NCBI GenBank assembly: GCA_030390025.1
Contig: CM059432.1
Span: 37,946,001-38,010,000, forward strand
DNA: 64,000 bases
Source: Squalus acanthias
Lineage: Eukaryota
Reading direction: 5' to 3'
Below the pieces are notes generated by a model. That model saw only the letters and a program-made list of their open reading frames with translations. It made no database searches and was not told where the DNA came from. Position numbers and translations under genes: made by a program. Positions 1 through 12,666 of this stretch are shown one piece after another (position 1 is the first letter of the stretch; each line of letters starts with the position of its first letter).

Positions 1-129
1 GGAAATCTGCAAGGTCCCGCACAGGTCGCACACTGATTTTTACATTGTAAATACTGCGCATGCGCAGAAATTTAAAGGGACCGCACATTAAAAGAAACAG
101 CCAACGCAGAACAAAGTGCAGCTGAGACA

Positions 130-1165
130 ATATTGCTCTGGAGTCCCCAAGGATCTATCCTTGGCCCCCTCCTATTTCTCATCTACATGCTGCCCCTCGG
201 CGACATCATCCGAAAACACATCATCATGTTCCACATGTACGCTGACGACACCCAGTTCTACTACTTCTCTCGACCCCTCCACTGTCTCTAATTTGTCACA
301 TTGACTGTAAGACATCTAGTACTGAATTAACAGAAATTTCCTCCAACTAAATTTTGGGAAGACAGAAGCCATTGTCTTCGATCCCCGCCACAAACTCCGT
401 CCCTAGCCACCGACTCCATCCCTCTCCCTGGCAACTGTCTGAGGCTAAACCAGATTATTCGCAACCTTGGTGTTGCATTTGACCCCGAGATGAGCTTCCG
501 ACCACATATCCGCTCCATCACCAAGACCGCCTAATTCTACCTCCGTGACATCGCCTGTCTCCGCCCTTGCCTCAGCTCATCCGCTGCTGAAACCCTCATC
601 CATGCCTTTGTTACCTCTAGACTTGACTATTCCAATGCACTCCTGGCCAGCATCCCATCTTCCACCCTCCATAAACTTGCACTCATCCAAAACTCTGTTG
701 CCTTAATCCTAACTCGGACCAAGTCCCATTCACCCATCACTCGTGCTTGCTGACCTACATTTGCTCCCGGTTGAGCAACGGCTCGATTTTAAAATTCTCA
801 TCCTTGTTTTCAAATCCTTCCGTGGCCTTGCCCCTCCCTATCACTGTAAAAATAAAGCATGCCCTACAACCCTCCGAGATATCTGCGCTCCTCCAATTCT
901 GGCCTCTCACACATCCCCTATTTTAAGAGCTCCATCATTGGCGGCTGTGCCTTCAACTGCCTAGGCCCTAAGCTCTGGAATTCCCTCCCTAAATCTCTCT
1001 GCCTCTCTTTCCTCCTTTAAGACACTCTTTAAAACCTACCTCTTTGCCTACCCTAAAATCACCTTATCTGGCTCGGTGTCAAATTTTGTTTGATAACGCT
1101 CCTGTGAAGCGCCTTGGGACATTTTACTACATTAAAGGTGCAATATAAATGCAAGTTGTTGTTGG
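130..1165 (+). mobile_element. L2 LINE, degraded 3' portion (RT C-terminus and 3' tail)
   Basis: Fragmentary translation [25 protein letters not shown]...YADDTQ; ends in the L2-type tail ATAAATGCAAGTTGTTGTTG. Confidence 0.85.
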
Positions 1166-1269
1166 TATTGGAGGTTGTCACTGTCAACCAATCAAACATG
1201 CTTTATTTGGAATTTAAATGGGAAATGGAGCTGGAGTGAAGTCCAGACATTAAGCAGGAGTTGGAAGAG

Positions 1270-1790
1270 ATAGATACGTGGCCGAAGAGGTAAAGTTTGA
1301 TGAGTCTCTTCACGTGCTAAGAGATGTAACTAGGTGGAGGAATTTAGGGAGAGAGTTGCATAGTGCAGGTTCCTGGTGCAGAAAGCTCTGTCACTAAAGG
1401 TGGAGGATGCATTGTAGACCAGAGCAGGAAGAGAGATGGGGACAAACTGGGGCACAAGGCTGGAGGAGGTTGCAGAGATGGGGTGGACAAAAGCCCCAGG
1501 GATTTGTAAATGAGGATAAGGATTTTCAAGCTGGAAGACGGTTAGGTGGGAGCAGGACATAGTACGGACTAGGATGTGCACGACAGAGTCCTTAGATGAA
1601 ATAGAGTTTGTGTGTGGTGGTGTTTGGAAGGAGACAGTTAAGAGAAGTCGAGCCTGGAGGTAACGAATCATGAATGAGGGTTTGAGTGGCAGTGGGGTTG
1701 GAGTAATCATTCAGGTGGGAAATGCTGCAGTGATGGAAATAGGCAGTCTGGAGGTCAAATGTTATCGTGGGTCGTAAGTACAGAGTGCCA
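1270..1790 (-). mobile_element. Old L2 LINE fragment
   Basis: Diverged reverse-complement similarity to the L2 at 130-1165; boundaries approximate. Confidence 0.6.
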
Positions 1791-1963
1791 GGATCTGGGG
1801 CAGGCGGGAAGCGCACGAGACAGTGCCAGTGGAAGGCCCAGGCCATTTACCATGTTGCAGCATGGACTCCTGCCCAAACCCGGTGGGAGTGAGGAGTAAG
1901 CTGGCAGGCTGGCAGGTCGCCACCGGGGACCAAAGGAACCGTCCCTGGCACTAAAGTAAGTTG

Positions 1964-2195
1964 TGATGCGGAGATGCCGGTGTTGGACTGGGGTGGACAA
2001 AATTGAGAGGTCGCACAACACCAGGTTATAGTCCAACAGTTTTATTTGAAATCACAAGCTTTCGGAGCTATCGATTTGCTCCTTCCTCAGGTGAAGTAAA
2101 AACTTCACCTGAGGAAGGAGCAAATCGATAGCTCCGAAAGCTTGTGATTTCAAATAAAACTGTTGGACTATAACCTGGTGTTGTGCGACCTCTCA
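1964..2195. mobile_element. Penelope-like element terminal fragment forming an inverted repeat, with hammerhead ribozyme cores
   Basis: Perfect 94-bp arms at 2004-2097 and 2102-2195; CTGAGGA-stem-GAAA core; direct repeat CACTAAAGTAAGTTG at 1949-1963 and 2194-2208. Confidence 0.85.
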
Positions 2196-3000
2196 CTAAA
2201 GTAAGTTGACAGGAGATATTTTCAGGTTCAGAGTCACCAGTTACTCCTTTAAGCAAATCTTGAGTCCTCTATGATCCGAAGTGTACATTTGTACTCCCAA
2301 TAATTGGATGACCAGGAATTCTAACAGAGAAACCTACTCCATACACCGGCTATTGAAATAGAACGCATGCATACATAAAACCCTCCGAAATCACACTGGG
2401 CCAGACTTTAAAATACAGACAGCCTTTTCCTGCTGGCTGCCCAAAATCATGATGCTCCATGACAAAGACAGAGCGTCAGACTGCTTGTTCTCAGGATTGT
2501 GGGTAAACAGTATATCTTTCATTATTTAGTTAACCTAGAATGGCTGTCTTCATTCAATATTGAATGAAGGCAATCTTTATTGATAACCCAAGATGCTTAA
2601 CAATGAATGTGACTATTTCAGCTAACCGACCCCCGGGAGTTTCACAATGTTCACATCTTTTACAATATTCATAAATAAGCAACAGCAACAATGCTGTCAC
2701 GTCTACATTAGAATGACTGTGATCTCCCCCAAAATAACAAATGAACACTTCAAACCCCTATTGCAATCAGACCGGTTCCACACGGCTGGCTCGTTGTGAC
2801 GAAAGGATGTTGTGTGCAGCTTTGGTAGTTAACTCCTTATATGCTGAATCAAATATTACAGAAATACAAGTTACAAATTACAACTGAAGCAACCCAGGCA
2901 AATTCTAATTTACCACAGGTTAAATAAAAAGACATACACTGCAAAAGATTACGTTTGTGCCACTTCACTGTATTGAGAGAAGAGAGAGAGAAAAAAATAT

Positions 3001-4110
3001 TGGGCCAAAAATTCGGCCCTTCCCGGGTGAGTACACAGTGCGTACTCACCCGTAAGGCGTCCCGAAGTGCCGGTTTCCTGCATGCACTGCGCATGCGCGG
3101 GAAACCGGAACTTCCGGTCTGGTGAAGGGAGCGGTTCAGAGGTGAACCACGTGCGCGGTAGAGGCTGCGCGCAAGCAGCAAACTTAGGTTTTTTTTCAGG
3201 TTTCTACGGGAGGGTAAGTATTGAAGAACCTGCACATTTAAAAAGGAGGCACAGGAGCCGTTTTCAACAAGGTAAGTGGTTAATTAAGAATAATTAAAAA
3301 AAATTTCAACAGGTTTATCTTTTTTAGATACTTTAAAGAAAGGTAAGTTTATTTTTAGCACTGTTAAAAAGTATTTAATTTTTTCAAAAATTTAAATTTT
3401 TGTTTTAATTTATTTAACTATAGTTATTTTATAAATGTGATGGGTTTTAAAAAAAATTATTTTAAGTTTAGCTGTTCTTTTGGGGTCGATTTCAATTCAT
3501 ACATTTGACAGGTCTTCCTGTCAAATCTATGAATGAAAGATGGTCTGCTGCCATTGGCTCTCCATGGCCCACGTGATCCCAGGGGACGCATCGCACTAAC
3601 TGCACCCCTGGGACACGCACGCACTGCGCGCTGGCAGTTGGGAGAGGCCCAGGAGCTGAAGTTCCCGTGGGCCCAAAACACAACGGCAGGCGCGGTAGAG
3701 GTAAGTGCGCGCGCGATCCTTACCCCCGCGGCAAGCCGGAGAGGCGAATTTCAGGGCCATTGAACTGCACAATATTTCCAAATACACACCAGCACAAAAC
3801 TAACAGGCGAAGAGTTTTGTTAGTACTCCAATTAAACCAAGAGTTTGTCTTGGCTAGGGTTCAATCTACAAGTGAATCTACACTGGATTCACTCTGGAGT
3901 AAAACTCAAGTGCTGATTTTCCGAGTTTGCACAGCTGGTGGGGACTCTCACCCAGGAATGTGCGTACCAGGAATTGCTGGCCTGACGCTTACAATTTTCA
4001 ATGCACTTTTAGTGGATTGAAAATCATGGGCAGCATGCCCGTGATTTCCTGATGCACGCGTTGGTGGGCAAGGCTTCCTGCTGGCAGCACGATTTCCGAA
4101 ACTTGGCCCC
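3001..4110. mobile_element. Non-autonomous Harbinger-type DNA transposon
   Basis: Imperfect TIRs GGGCCAAAAATTCGG / CCGAAACTTGGCCC; 3-bp TAT on both flanks. Confidence 0.65.
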
Positions 4111-4372
4111 TATACCACCGACAGCAGCTAAAATGGCTGACCTGGCTATTCTGGTGCAGCTAGCTTCAGTTGAAGTTACAAATCATTCTTAGATCACAAT
4201 GTTTTAAATATAAATATACCATTTAACATTTTATTTTCATTGCTACAGCAAAATGTCTAAAACATCAGTAAACTGCATCAACATGGTAAGCAAATGCCCA
4301 AATATAAAAGTTAATCTAAGTTATCCTCCTCAACCCAAAGCTCCCCTTCCTTAACCAAAGAAACGTCCTTAC

Positions 4373-4454
4373 CAGTTTAGATAATGCCCGGGAACCCGCA
4401 TAGATATTACCAACAAACAGTAATGCACCAGGGAACCAGGAAAACTTGGCAGAC
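4373..4454 (-). CDS. TMEM241: TMEM241/SLC35D4 coding exon 4
   Basis: 82-bp exon with AG/GT ends encoding SAKFSWFPGALLFVGNIYAGSRALSKL; phase matches exon 3; resembles human WLPASVLFVGIIYAGSRALSRL (recalled). Confidence 0.92.
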
Positions 4455-5197
4455 CTATCAAAGTTTAAATAACATGGTTAGCTACAAAAGTCAAATACTA
4501 TTATTGTAATGTATCTGTTTATATCATTTCTTGGATCTAATGTTACTTAACTAACAATGTTCATCTTTTTGTCACTTGACTAGTCAGAAGTTCATTTCCC
4601 AGCAATATTTTGCTAACCAAGTTTACACTGTTTCAGCTTCTTGATTCACTAAGATACAGATGCTGGAAAGTTCCTCGAAGCTCTCCCGATCGGCCACCAT
4701 AACTTCAGCAGATCAGCAGAAACTCGGTTTATGGTGTCTATCCGGGGTTTCCACTGATTTTCTGTCGGAGTTACGGCGGCAGCAGCAGATCGGGAGAGGC
4801 CGCAAGGAATTTCCCAGTGAAAATTTATCTTACTCGGACTACTCAAATAAAATAGGTGGGTTGCTAGTGATAAGTCCCAAACTTCCACACGATGAGCTAC
4901 ACCAGATTTGTTTTTAATTCATTCTCAGGATGCGGGTGTCGCTGGCAAGGCCAGCATTTACTGCCCATCCCTAGTTGTCCCGAGAAGGTGATGGTGGGCC
5001 GCCTTCTTGAAAATGGTTTGATATAACTGAGTGACTTGCTAGGAATTGGGAGTTTCTGTTTAAACTTGAATTGCGATTTATGTATTCAGCTCAAATCAGT
5101 AATTCTAAGCAATGAAAGGTGTGTGATCGCTGGATCTGAAGCCTGGATCCAGTATGTATTTTAGTTCCAGTGAATGGTATTATCACAATTCCCTTAC

Positions 5198-5278
5198 CAT
5201 AGAACATTACTTCTGATCTCCACCCATCCTAGTTTCCAGGCTAACTGAAGCAATAAACATCCCACAAACGTCTGCCAG
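5198..5278 (-). CDS. TMEM241: TMEM241/SLC35D4 coding exon 3
   Basis: 81-bp exon with AG/GT ends encoding WQTFVGCLLLQLAWKLGWVEIRSNVL. Confidence 0.93.
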
Positions 5279-5388
5279 CTGTAAAAGAAAAAGGGGGAGG
5301 AGGCGGAGAAGTAATTACAATTCACAACAAATCATGGACCAGTTCAAAAGTTCTAAACTCTACAAAATTACCTGTGGAGAATACTTAC

Positions 5389-5435
5389 CCTTGAAAAAGT
5401 GTGGGATAGGTAAACTTCAGTACTGAAAGGACATA
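5389..5435 (-). CDS. TMEM241: TMEM241/SLC35D4 coding exon 2
   Basis: 47-bp exon (tttcag|...|gtaagt) encoding YVLSVLKFTYPTLFQG, the same as the human TMEM241 segment as I recall it. Confidence 0.95.
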
Positions 5436-5984
5436 CTGAAAAAAATGAAAGATTAATTAGATATTTGTGTGTTACAGTAAGACCAATTACAGAATTTCAA
5501 ATCAAAATGTTTAAAGTGGTGCAGCTCTGGAAACAGATGTTCAAACTCTGACATCCCAGTGTGTGAGTTTCGTCAACTGAAGCAATGTCATCTACTGCCC
5601 CTAATTCAGCACAGAAATTAACCACTAGGTTTACGCAGTGCTGCATATCTGGCTTTCAGGTTCATTGTCCAATGGCCCTTGCTGTTAATTCTTACAGTAG
5701 ATGTGTCCTTTATCTAGAAATTATCAGTAGCACAATCCTTTTAGCATTGAGTATACAACACAATTATCAGCTTTCAGTGGCCCAACTATTTATATAGTGC
5801 CTTTAACATTGAAAATGTCCCAAGGCGCTTCACAGAAACATAAGATGACATAAATTGTTATAGAGCAAAAGAAGTATATTAGGACAGGTGACTAAAAGCT
5901 TGGTCAAGGAGGCAAGTTTTAAGGAAGGTCTTAAAGGTGCAGAGAGAAGTGGAGTGGCTGAGGGAGGGAATTAGGCAGAGTCAG

Positions 5985-7240
5985 TGTTGTCTTATGAAAG
6001 GGAAATCATGTTTGACAAATCTAGTGTTTTTTGAGGGTGTAACGGACAGGGTAGATAAGGGGAACCAGTGGATGTAGTATATTTGGATTTTCAGAAGGCA
6101 TTCGAAAAAGTGCCACACAAGGGGCTGTTACACAAGATTAGGGCTCATGAGATTAGGGGTAATACATTAGCATGGATTGAGGATTGGTGAACGGACAGAA
6201 TGGAGGAATAAACTGGTCATTTTTGGGTTGGTAGTGGTAGGTTGTAACTAGTGGAGTGCCGCAAGGATCAGTGCTTGGGTCTCTGCTATTTACAATCTAT
6301 ATCAATGACTTAGAGGAGGGGACAGAGTGTAATATATCCAAGTTTGCTAACAATACAAAGCTAGGTGAGAATAAGCTGCGAGGTGGATACAAAGAGGCTG
6401 CAATGGGATATAGCCCAATTAAGTGATTGGGCAAGAAGGTGGCAGATAGAGTATAACGTGAGTAAAGGTGAAATTATCCACTTTGGTAGGAAGAATAGAA
6501 ATAATTTTTATAAAGGTGAGAGACTATTAAATGCTGGTATTCAGACGGATTTGCGTGTTCTTGTACACAAATCACAGAAAGTTAACATGCAAGCAATTAG
6601 GAAGACAAATGGAATGAAGGTTAGCCTTTATTGCAAGGGGGTTTGAGTATAAGAGTAATAACATCTTGCTGCAATTATATAGGGCTTTGGTGAGACCACA
6701 CCTGGAGTACAGTGTACAGTTGTGGTCTTCTTACCCAAGGAAGGATATACCTGCATTAGAGGCTGTGCAACGAAGGTTCACTAGATTGATTCCTGGGATG
6801 AGGGCTGTCCTACAAGGAGAGATTGAGTAGAATGGGCCTATGTTCTCTGGAGTTTAGAAGAATGAGAGGTGATCTCATTGAAACATAAGATTCTGAGGGG
6901 GATTGACAGGGTAGACGCTGAGAGGTTGTTTCCCCTGGCTGAAGTGTCTAGAACTAGGGGGCATAGTCTCAGGATAAGGGGTAGGCCATTTAGGACTGAG
7001 AAGAGGAGAAATTTCTTCACTCAGAGGGTTGTAAATCTTTGGAATTCTCTCCAGAGGGCTGTGGACGCTCAGTCGTTGAATATATTCAAGACGGAGTTCG
7101 ATAGATTTTTAGACATTAAGGGAATCAAGGGATATGGGGATAGGGTGGGAAAGCGAAGTTGAGGTAGAAGATCAGCCATGATCTTATTGAATGGCGGAGC
7201 AAGCTCGAGGGGCCATATGGCCTATTCCTATTTCTTATGT
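5985..7240 (+). mobile_element. CR1 LINE, 5'-truncated and degraded
   Basis: RT remnants ([17 protein letters not shown]) and C-terminal RTRGHSLRIRGRPFRTEKRRNFFTQRVVNLWNSL; CR1 3' tail. Confidence 0.88.
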
Positions 7241-8100
7241 TATGAATTCAAGAGCTTAGGATCTAGACAGCTGATGGCATGCCCGCCAATGGTGGGGTGA
7301 AGGGAGTTGGGGATACACAAGAGCAATGCTCCCTTTAAGCTGTGCGGCCGCGCGGCGCTCCAGGCAACCCGCGCAGCCGGCATTTCAATGTAAAAACCAC
7401 GCATTGCCGGTATTTTGAATGGCCCGCACAGCCCCAAAAAATTACAGCAAGCACTGCACAAGAGGCCAGAGTTGGAGGAAGGCATTGTTCTTGAAGGGTT
7501 GGAAGAGGTTAGAGGTAGTGAGGGTCTAGGCCCTGGACGGATTTGAACTAGAGGATGAAAATGTTTAAATTGTGGCATGGTCAGCGAGCACAGGGGCGAT
7601 GGGTGAGCGGAACTTGGTGCGGGTTAGAATACGGGCAGAAGAGTTTTGCATGTTTGAAAGTTTATGGAGAGCGGAAGATGGGAAGAACATTGGAGTAGTC
7701 GAGTTGGAGGTGACAAAGCACGGATGAGGGTTTCAACAGCAGATAAGCTGAGGCAAGGGCAGAGACAGGTGATGTTACAGAAGTGGAAGTAGGCGGTCTG
7801 TGATGGAGAGGATTATGGGGTCAAATAGAATGCCGAGGCCGCAAACAGTGCAACCCGAAACAGTGGCCAGGGAGGAGGATGGAATTGGTGGCGAGGGAAG
7901 AGAGTTTACGGCGGGAGCCAGAGACAATGGCTTTGGTCTTCCCAATGTTTAATTGAAGGAAATTGCGGCTGATCCAGGACTGGATTTTGGTCAAGCAGTC
8001 TGACAACACAGAGGCAGTGTAGGTCGAGAGAGGTAGAGCTGGGGGTCGTCAGCATACATGTGGAACCTGATGTCACGTGTTCGGATGATGTCACTGAGGG
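7240..8100 (-). mobile_element. L2 LINE fragment, interrupted by a hAT MITE; probably continues at ~5790-5970
   Basis: Minus-strand YADD-like and LSDCLTKIQSWISRNFLQLNIGKT motifs. Confidence 0.75.
7324..7456. mobile_element. hAT-type MITE
   Basis: Termini CAATGCT / AGCACTG; 8-bp TSD CACAAGAG at 7316-7323 and 7457-7464. Confidence 0.8.
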
Positions 8101-8696
8101 TTTGGAATGCCCTGAGGATGTGGAAGGCGCTATATTACTTCCTTGCATCCCTCACCACTCGCTTCCCCTTCCTCCTTCCTACTTCCTTCAACGACCGCCC
8201 CTGGAATTACTGGTCACTGTTATATTGGCAAACACGGCAGCCAATTTTTACACCGTTAGGGCCCACAACATTTGATTAACTTTTTAGTGATATTGGTTGA
8301 GAGATAAATATTGGCCGAGGGATAAATATTGGCCAGAACACCTCCCCTACTCTTCTTCGAGTAGTGGCATGGTATCTTTTATATTCACCTGAGACAGTAG
8401 ATAGGGCCTCGGTTTAATGTCTCATTGCAGTGTCAGTCAAGATTATGTGCTGAGTGAGGACTGATCCCACAACCTTCTGACTCAGAGGTGAGAGTACCAC
8501 GACTGAGCCAGAACTTTGCTGTTAACTCCAGAGACTCCCTGCAAGCATTCCACTCCAAACTCTTAATACCTGGTTTTCAAGGTTCTGAAAGCATGAATTA
8601 CTCAAATTCACTTACTCAATCAGATGCTATACATTGTATGACTCATCTTTCTTAGTGCATAAAACAAACCAAAAATTTATTTTCCTAGATATTTAC

Positions 8697-9075
8697 TGGG
8701 TACGGTAGCGTAGTGGTTATGCTACTGGACTAATCCAGAGCCCTGGACTAAAGATCCAGAGATAGGCGTTCAAATCCCAGCACGGCAGTTGGGGAATTTA
8801 AGTTCAGTTAATTGAATAAAATCAGTCATTGTGACAGACTACCATGAAACTACTGGATTATCGTAAAAACCCATCTGGTTCACTAATGTCCTTTAGGGAA
8901 GGAAATCTGCCGTCCTTACCCGGTCTGGCCTATAGGTGACTCCAGACCCACAGCAATGTGGTTGACTCTTAACTGCCCTCTGAAATGGCCTAGCAAGCCA
9001 CTCAGTTGTCACCACCTTCTCAAGGGCAATTAGGGATGGGCAATAAATGCTGGCCTTGCCAGCGACACCCACATT
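8697..9075 (+). mobile_element. tRNA-derived SINE
   Basis: A-box-like GGTAGCGTAGTGG and B-box-like GTTCAAATCC head; 3' tail GGGCAATAAATGCTGGCCTTGCCAGCGAC is also seen inverted near 4920-4970. Confidence 0.7.
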
Positions 9076-10454
9076 GCAGAAACTATCATTTTGTTCACAT
9101 GTAGCAGTGTCTGTCCAAAAAGGACTGATTAATTAGGGGCCAATGATTATCTGGGAATGATTTCGAAGTAGTCATCTATTCAAAAGGTGATGAGGTAGCA
9201 TCATTTTCAATTCTGTCCCTCGAGTGCTTTGTTTGCATTTTTTTTAGAAATAGCTACTTTTAATGATTTGTGTGTCTGTACCCCAGATCTCTCTGTTGCA
9301 CTACCCCATTTAGACACTTGTTTTCCATAGGAGTATGTGGCCTTTGTCACGTTAGCTTTGACAAATTTGTGATCATCCTACTTTTATTCTGACTCGGCCA
9401 AATTTATACTACCACAACTGATTGAATCATTCTTCCTACATGATGACTACCAGCCCTGAGTTCCACTTTCTCAAGTGAAGGCAACAGAGAAGTTAAAACA
9501 AATTACAAAAAAATTGAACTGCTCTAGGCTAGGTGTACATGTAGGAATTTTTTTTTTTTAAAACACAATGAATTCTTACAAGTAGGATAATTTACAGTTT
9601 CTATTACCTGAACTCAGCTCTCTTTCTTGTAAATGCAAATCAATTTCAAAATGCTGGTTCACCAAGAAAATACCAGTTCCACAACATGCATCACACAATT
9701 CAGCATTCAATAAAACAAAGCCAGGACTGTCATCTGCAACCTAACCCATTATTCCCTTCAAGAATGCAGAACAATGACACCTCCTAGCCTTAAAGGGGAA
9801 CACACCTGCATTTTATTTTACGTGCTACAACCCCTCTCTTTATAGAATAGTGCATTTCTGGCTTACTGCAAGCAGTACCACAGGTGATTCACTGATATAT
9901 TTTATATACTAAAAGTACAAGTAGTGTTGCCATTTGAATTGTACAATTGATTTTCTTTAAGCAAAGGTATCTTGACATTTCTGATACATAAACAAGATGA
10001 CATTTTTCCTGTGTGCTATAAACCCATTTAAAAAGTCTCACTTTATGATTTTGTTACAGAGCCCAGACAAAATCATCCCACCAAAAGTCTGTTTTCACTC
10101 CAAAATAGAGGTTGTCCCCTACACTCCCCCGCCCCTCCAATTGGTTTGTCTTTGATGCAGAAGAATTTAAGATTTCCAGTAACGTTCAGCATCAGAAAAT
10201 ATTACACCAGAACAGAGACCCCCCCAATCACACCACCATCCCACCCCCTCTTCAGCACAGAGACTTGGCTCAATATTTTGCCTCCCTTTGTATAATGATT
10301 CTGGCTCCAAAGAGCTGCACTTATGTTAGAAGCACCACTGCAAACTTCAGCTGAGTGGCAGCTCCCTCCCAGAGCCACAACAGGACTTTTATTTATACTT
10401 GGATTATTTAAAAAGCCAACCTAGACTAGCAGGGCACTGAATAAAATGGAAGAG

Positions 10455-11090
10455 TGAGCAGAGGCTGGGTCAGGCTGAAGCTGGGGTGGGCCAAGCTGAA
10501 GCGAGCAGGGGGTGGGGTGGGCTGAGCTGGGGCAGGCTGAGGTGGGTGAGCTGAGCTGGGTTAACTGAGCTGAAGCGAGCAGGGGGTGGGGTGGGCTGAG
10601 CTGGGGCAGGCTGAGGTGGGTGAGCTGAGCGGAAGCTGGGGTGGGCTGAGATGAAGCTGGGGTGGGCTGGGATGGGCTGAATGAGCTGAGATGAAGCTGG
10701 GGTGGGCTGAGATGAGGCTGGGATGGGCTGAATGAGCTGAGATGAAGCTGGGGTGGGCTGAGATGAGGCTGGGATGGGCTGAGATGAAGCTGGGATGGGC
10801 TGAATGAGCTGGGGTGGGCTGAGATGAGGCTGGGATGGGCTGAATGAGCTGGGGTGGGCTGAGATGAAGCTGGGGTGGGCTGAGGTGAAGCTGGGGTGGG
10901 CTGAGGTGAAGCTGGGGTGGGCTGAGGTGAAGCTGGGGTGGGCTGAGGTGAAGCTGGGGTGGGTGAGTTGAGCTGAAGGTGGGTGGGCTGGGGTGAGCTG
11001 AAGGTGGGTGGGCTGGGGTGAGCTGAAGGTGGGTGGGCTGGGGTGAGCTGAAGGTGGGTGGGCTGGGGTGAGCTGAAGGTGGGCTGAGGC
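10455..11090. repeat. G-rich minisatellite of GAGCT/GGGCT/GGGGT pentamers in TMEM241 intron 1
   Basis: Tandem ~21-23-bp units such as GCTGAGGTGAAGCTGGGGTGG and GAGCTGAAGGTGGGTGGGCTGGGGT. Confidence 0.9.
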
Positions 11091-11158
11091 CGAGTTGAGT
11101 TGGTGCTGGTAAAAGTTCAGTCCGACTCCTGCTCGCTGCCTGTTCCCATCCACCTCAC

Positions 11159-11224
11159 CTTGTTGGTAAAATAGGAAGCGATGAATAGGAGCGAGAGGCA
11201 GAGCTCAAGTCCCTTTAACCACAT
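11159..11224 (-). CDS. TMEM241: TMEM241/SLC35D4 coding exon 1
   Basis: ATG at 11224; encodes MWLKGLELCLSLLFIASYFTNK, then donor AAG|GTGAGG; joins exon 2 in frame (TNK-YVLSVLK). Confidence 0.9.
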
Positions 11225-11234
11225 CTGTGTATTA

Positions 11235-11450
11235 CAAGCGCCTAGCCGCCACGACGGCCCCGCATTACGGGCACACTAGAACCCACAGCAGCTTATCTGC
11301 TAAAAGCCGTATCCTTCGCACTGAGGGCGAGCGCTCCGAAGCCATCTTAGAGACACGTCGCTCTGCCGAAGAGCCAATCGGCGGCACATCCTGCTCCGGG
11401 CCGAGCTCTTAAAGGGGCAGCGCGACTGCACCGGCTGGACAGGCATCAAT
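11235..11450 (-). promoter_or_regulatory. CpG-rich promoter / 5' region of TMEM241
   Basis: Local CpG enrichment immediately upstream of the ATG; CCAAT box at ~11374 and YY1-like GCCATCTT at 11341. Confidence 0.65.
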
Positions 11451-11713
11451 CACCCTGGGACCAGCAGAGCAGGACCAGCAGAGCCCTGTCCACCAGCACC
11501 TCCAATAGCGCCAGTATTAACACGGCAACCTTCATATGGCTCTATTCCTTTAACCACGAATCACTATACTTGGCCTAATTAAAAATTTAGATCCCTTGCT
11601 GGAGATTGGGTTTAAGAAGTGGGTTACTGTGTTGCTCAGAGATGTGAAAATTAGGGCTCAAGACAGGTTTCAGATGTCATAAACAGCCAAAAACAGATCT
11701 CTTGTTTTGATCA

Positions 11714-12388
11714 TGGGCCAGATTTTGCTGTGAGCAGCAAACGAAGCCCAAAGACTTTCTGTGGGCTTTTGCAGGGCAATTTGCTGCTGTCAGCCAAACA
11801 TCCAAACAGCACAGCGCCCTCTACAGGGCATCGGGGGCCTGTGTGAACAGGGCAAGCAACCGCAGCTCAGAGACTGAACCAGGAAGTGTAATTAGAATCG
11901 TGAGTTCAATGTCAAATCAGGTACAGGAAAGCTAAATAAAGATAGGAAAAGAAAGTTTGGATTAAGAGCGAGAGATAAAAGAGACAGAAAAAGAAAGTAA
12001 AACATTTCCTTTATTTAATTTTTTTATCATCTCCAACAATAATTAAAATCTGAAGGATTGAGAGTCCACACTCGTAAAAGTAAATTTTCAGTTCCAGAGA
12101 GGTTGTTTGGCAGTAATTAAGACTCACCACATTGTTTAAAGGGTACTTAGACTGGAATGGACAAGCCCTAACTTTCTGTGGCGAGTTTAGTCCATATCTC
12201 TGAAGTCAGTACAGGAACTTCACGCCGTTCAATACATTTGAATGGGGAGCCAGACGGCGAGATGCCGTTTCCGTGCAGCTCACGGAGCAGCGGCGCATCT
12301 CAGATAGTAACTTCTGGATTTTCGCATTTAACTGCGCATGTAAGCTCGCCGGAAGTTGCTGTTCAATTTGCACATAAATAATGGTGAG
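11714..12388. mobile_element. Harbinger-like non-autonomous element, right part missing (cut by the Gypsy LTR)
   Basis: Begins with TIR-like GGGCCAGATTTTGCTG; the matching right TIR is not found. Confidence 0.45.
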
Positions 12389-12666
12389 TGTGGCGGATCG
12401 CCACCTAAACGAGCATAATCCACTCTTCTGTCCGTGGAAAAAAATCCAGCACCTTCCCTTTAAGGCACCTTACCTTTAAGGCAGGAGTGGGCGGGGCCTC
12501 AGAGTTTACCCAGAGAATTCTGGGAGCTTTCGGTGTAGCCATTTTTGTGCCATGCAGTTGAATTAAAGTTTCTTGTTTTCCACATATGGATTCAGCCTCC
12601 ATTCGTGTTTCGCGGCAGCCTCAACATTGGTGACCCCGACGCTCAGAACGTATTCCGAGCACTGCA

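Noticed and set aside
2554..2748. Possible TMEM241 exon 5 (LAEIVTFIVK)
   Set aside because: Only weak resemblance, with no convincing splice sites or upstream IPVF-like motif.
10470..11153. 227-aa Pro/Ser/His-rich ORF
   Set aside because: It is the translation of the intronic minisatellite and begins just inside the exon 1 donor.
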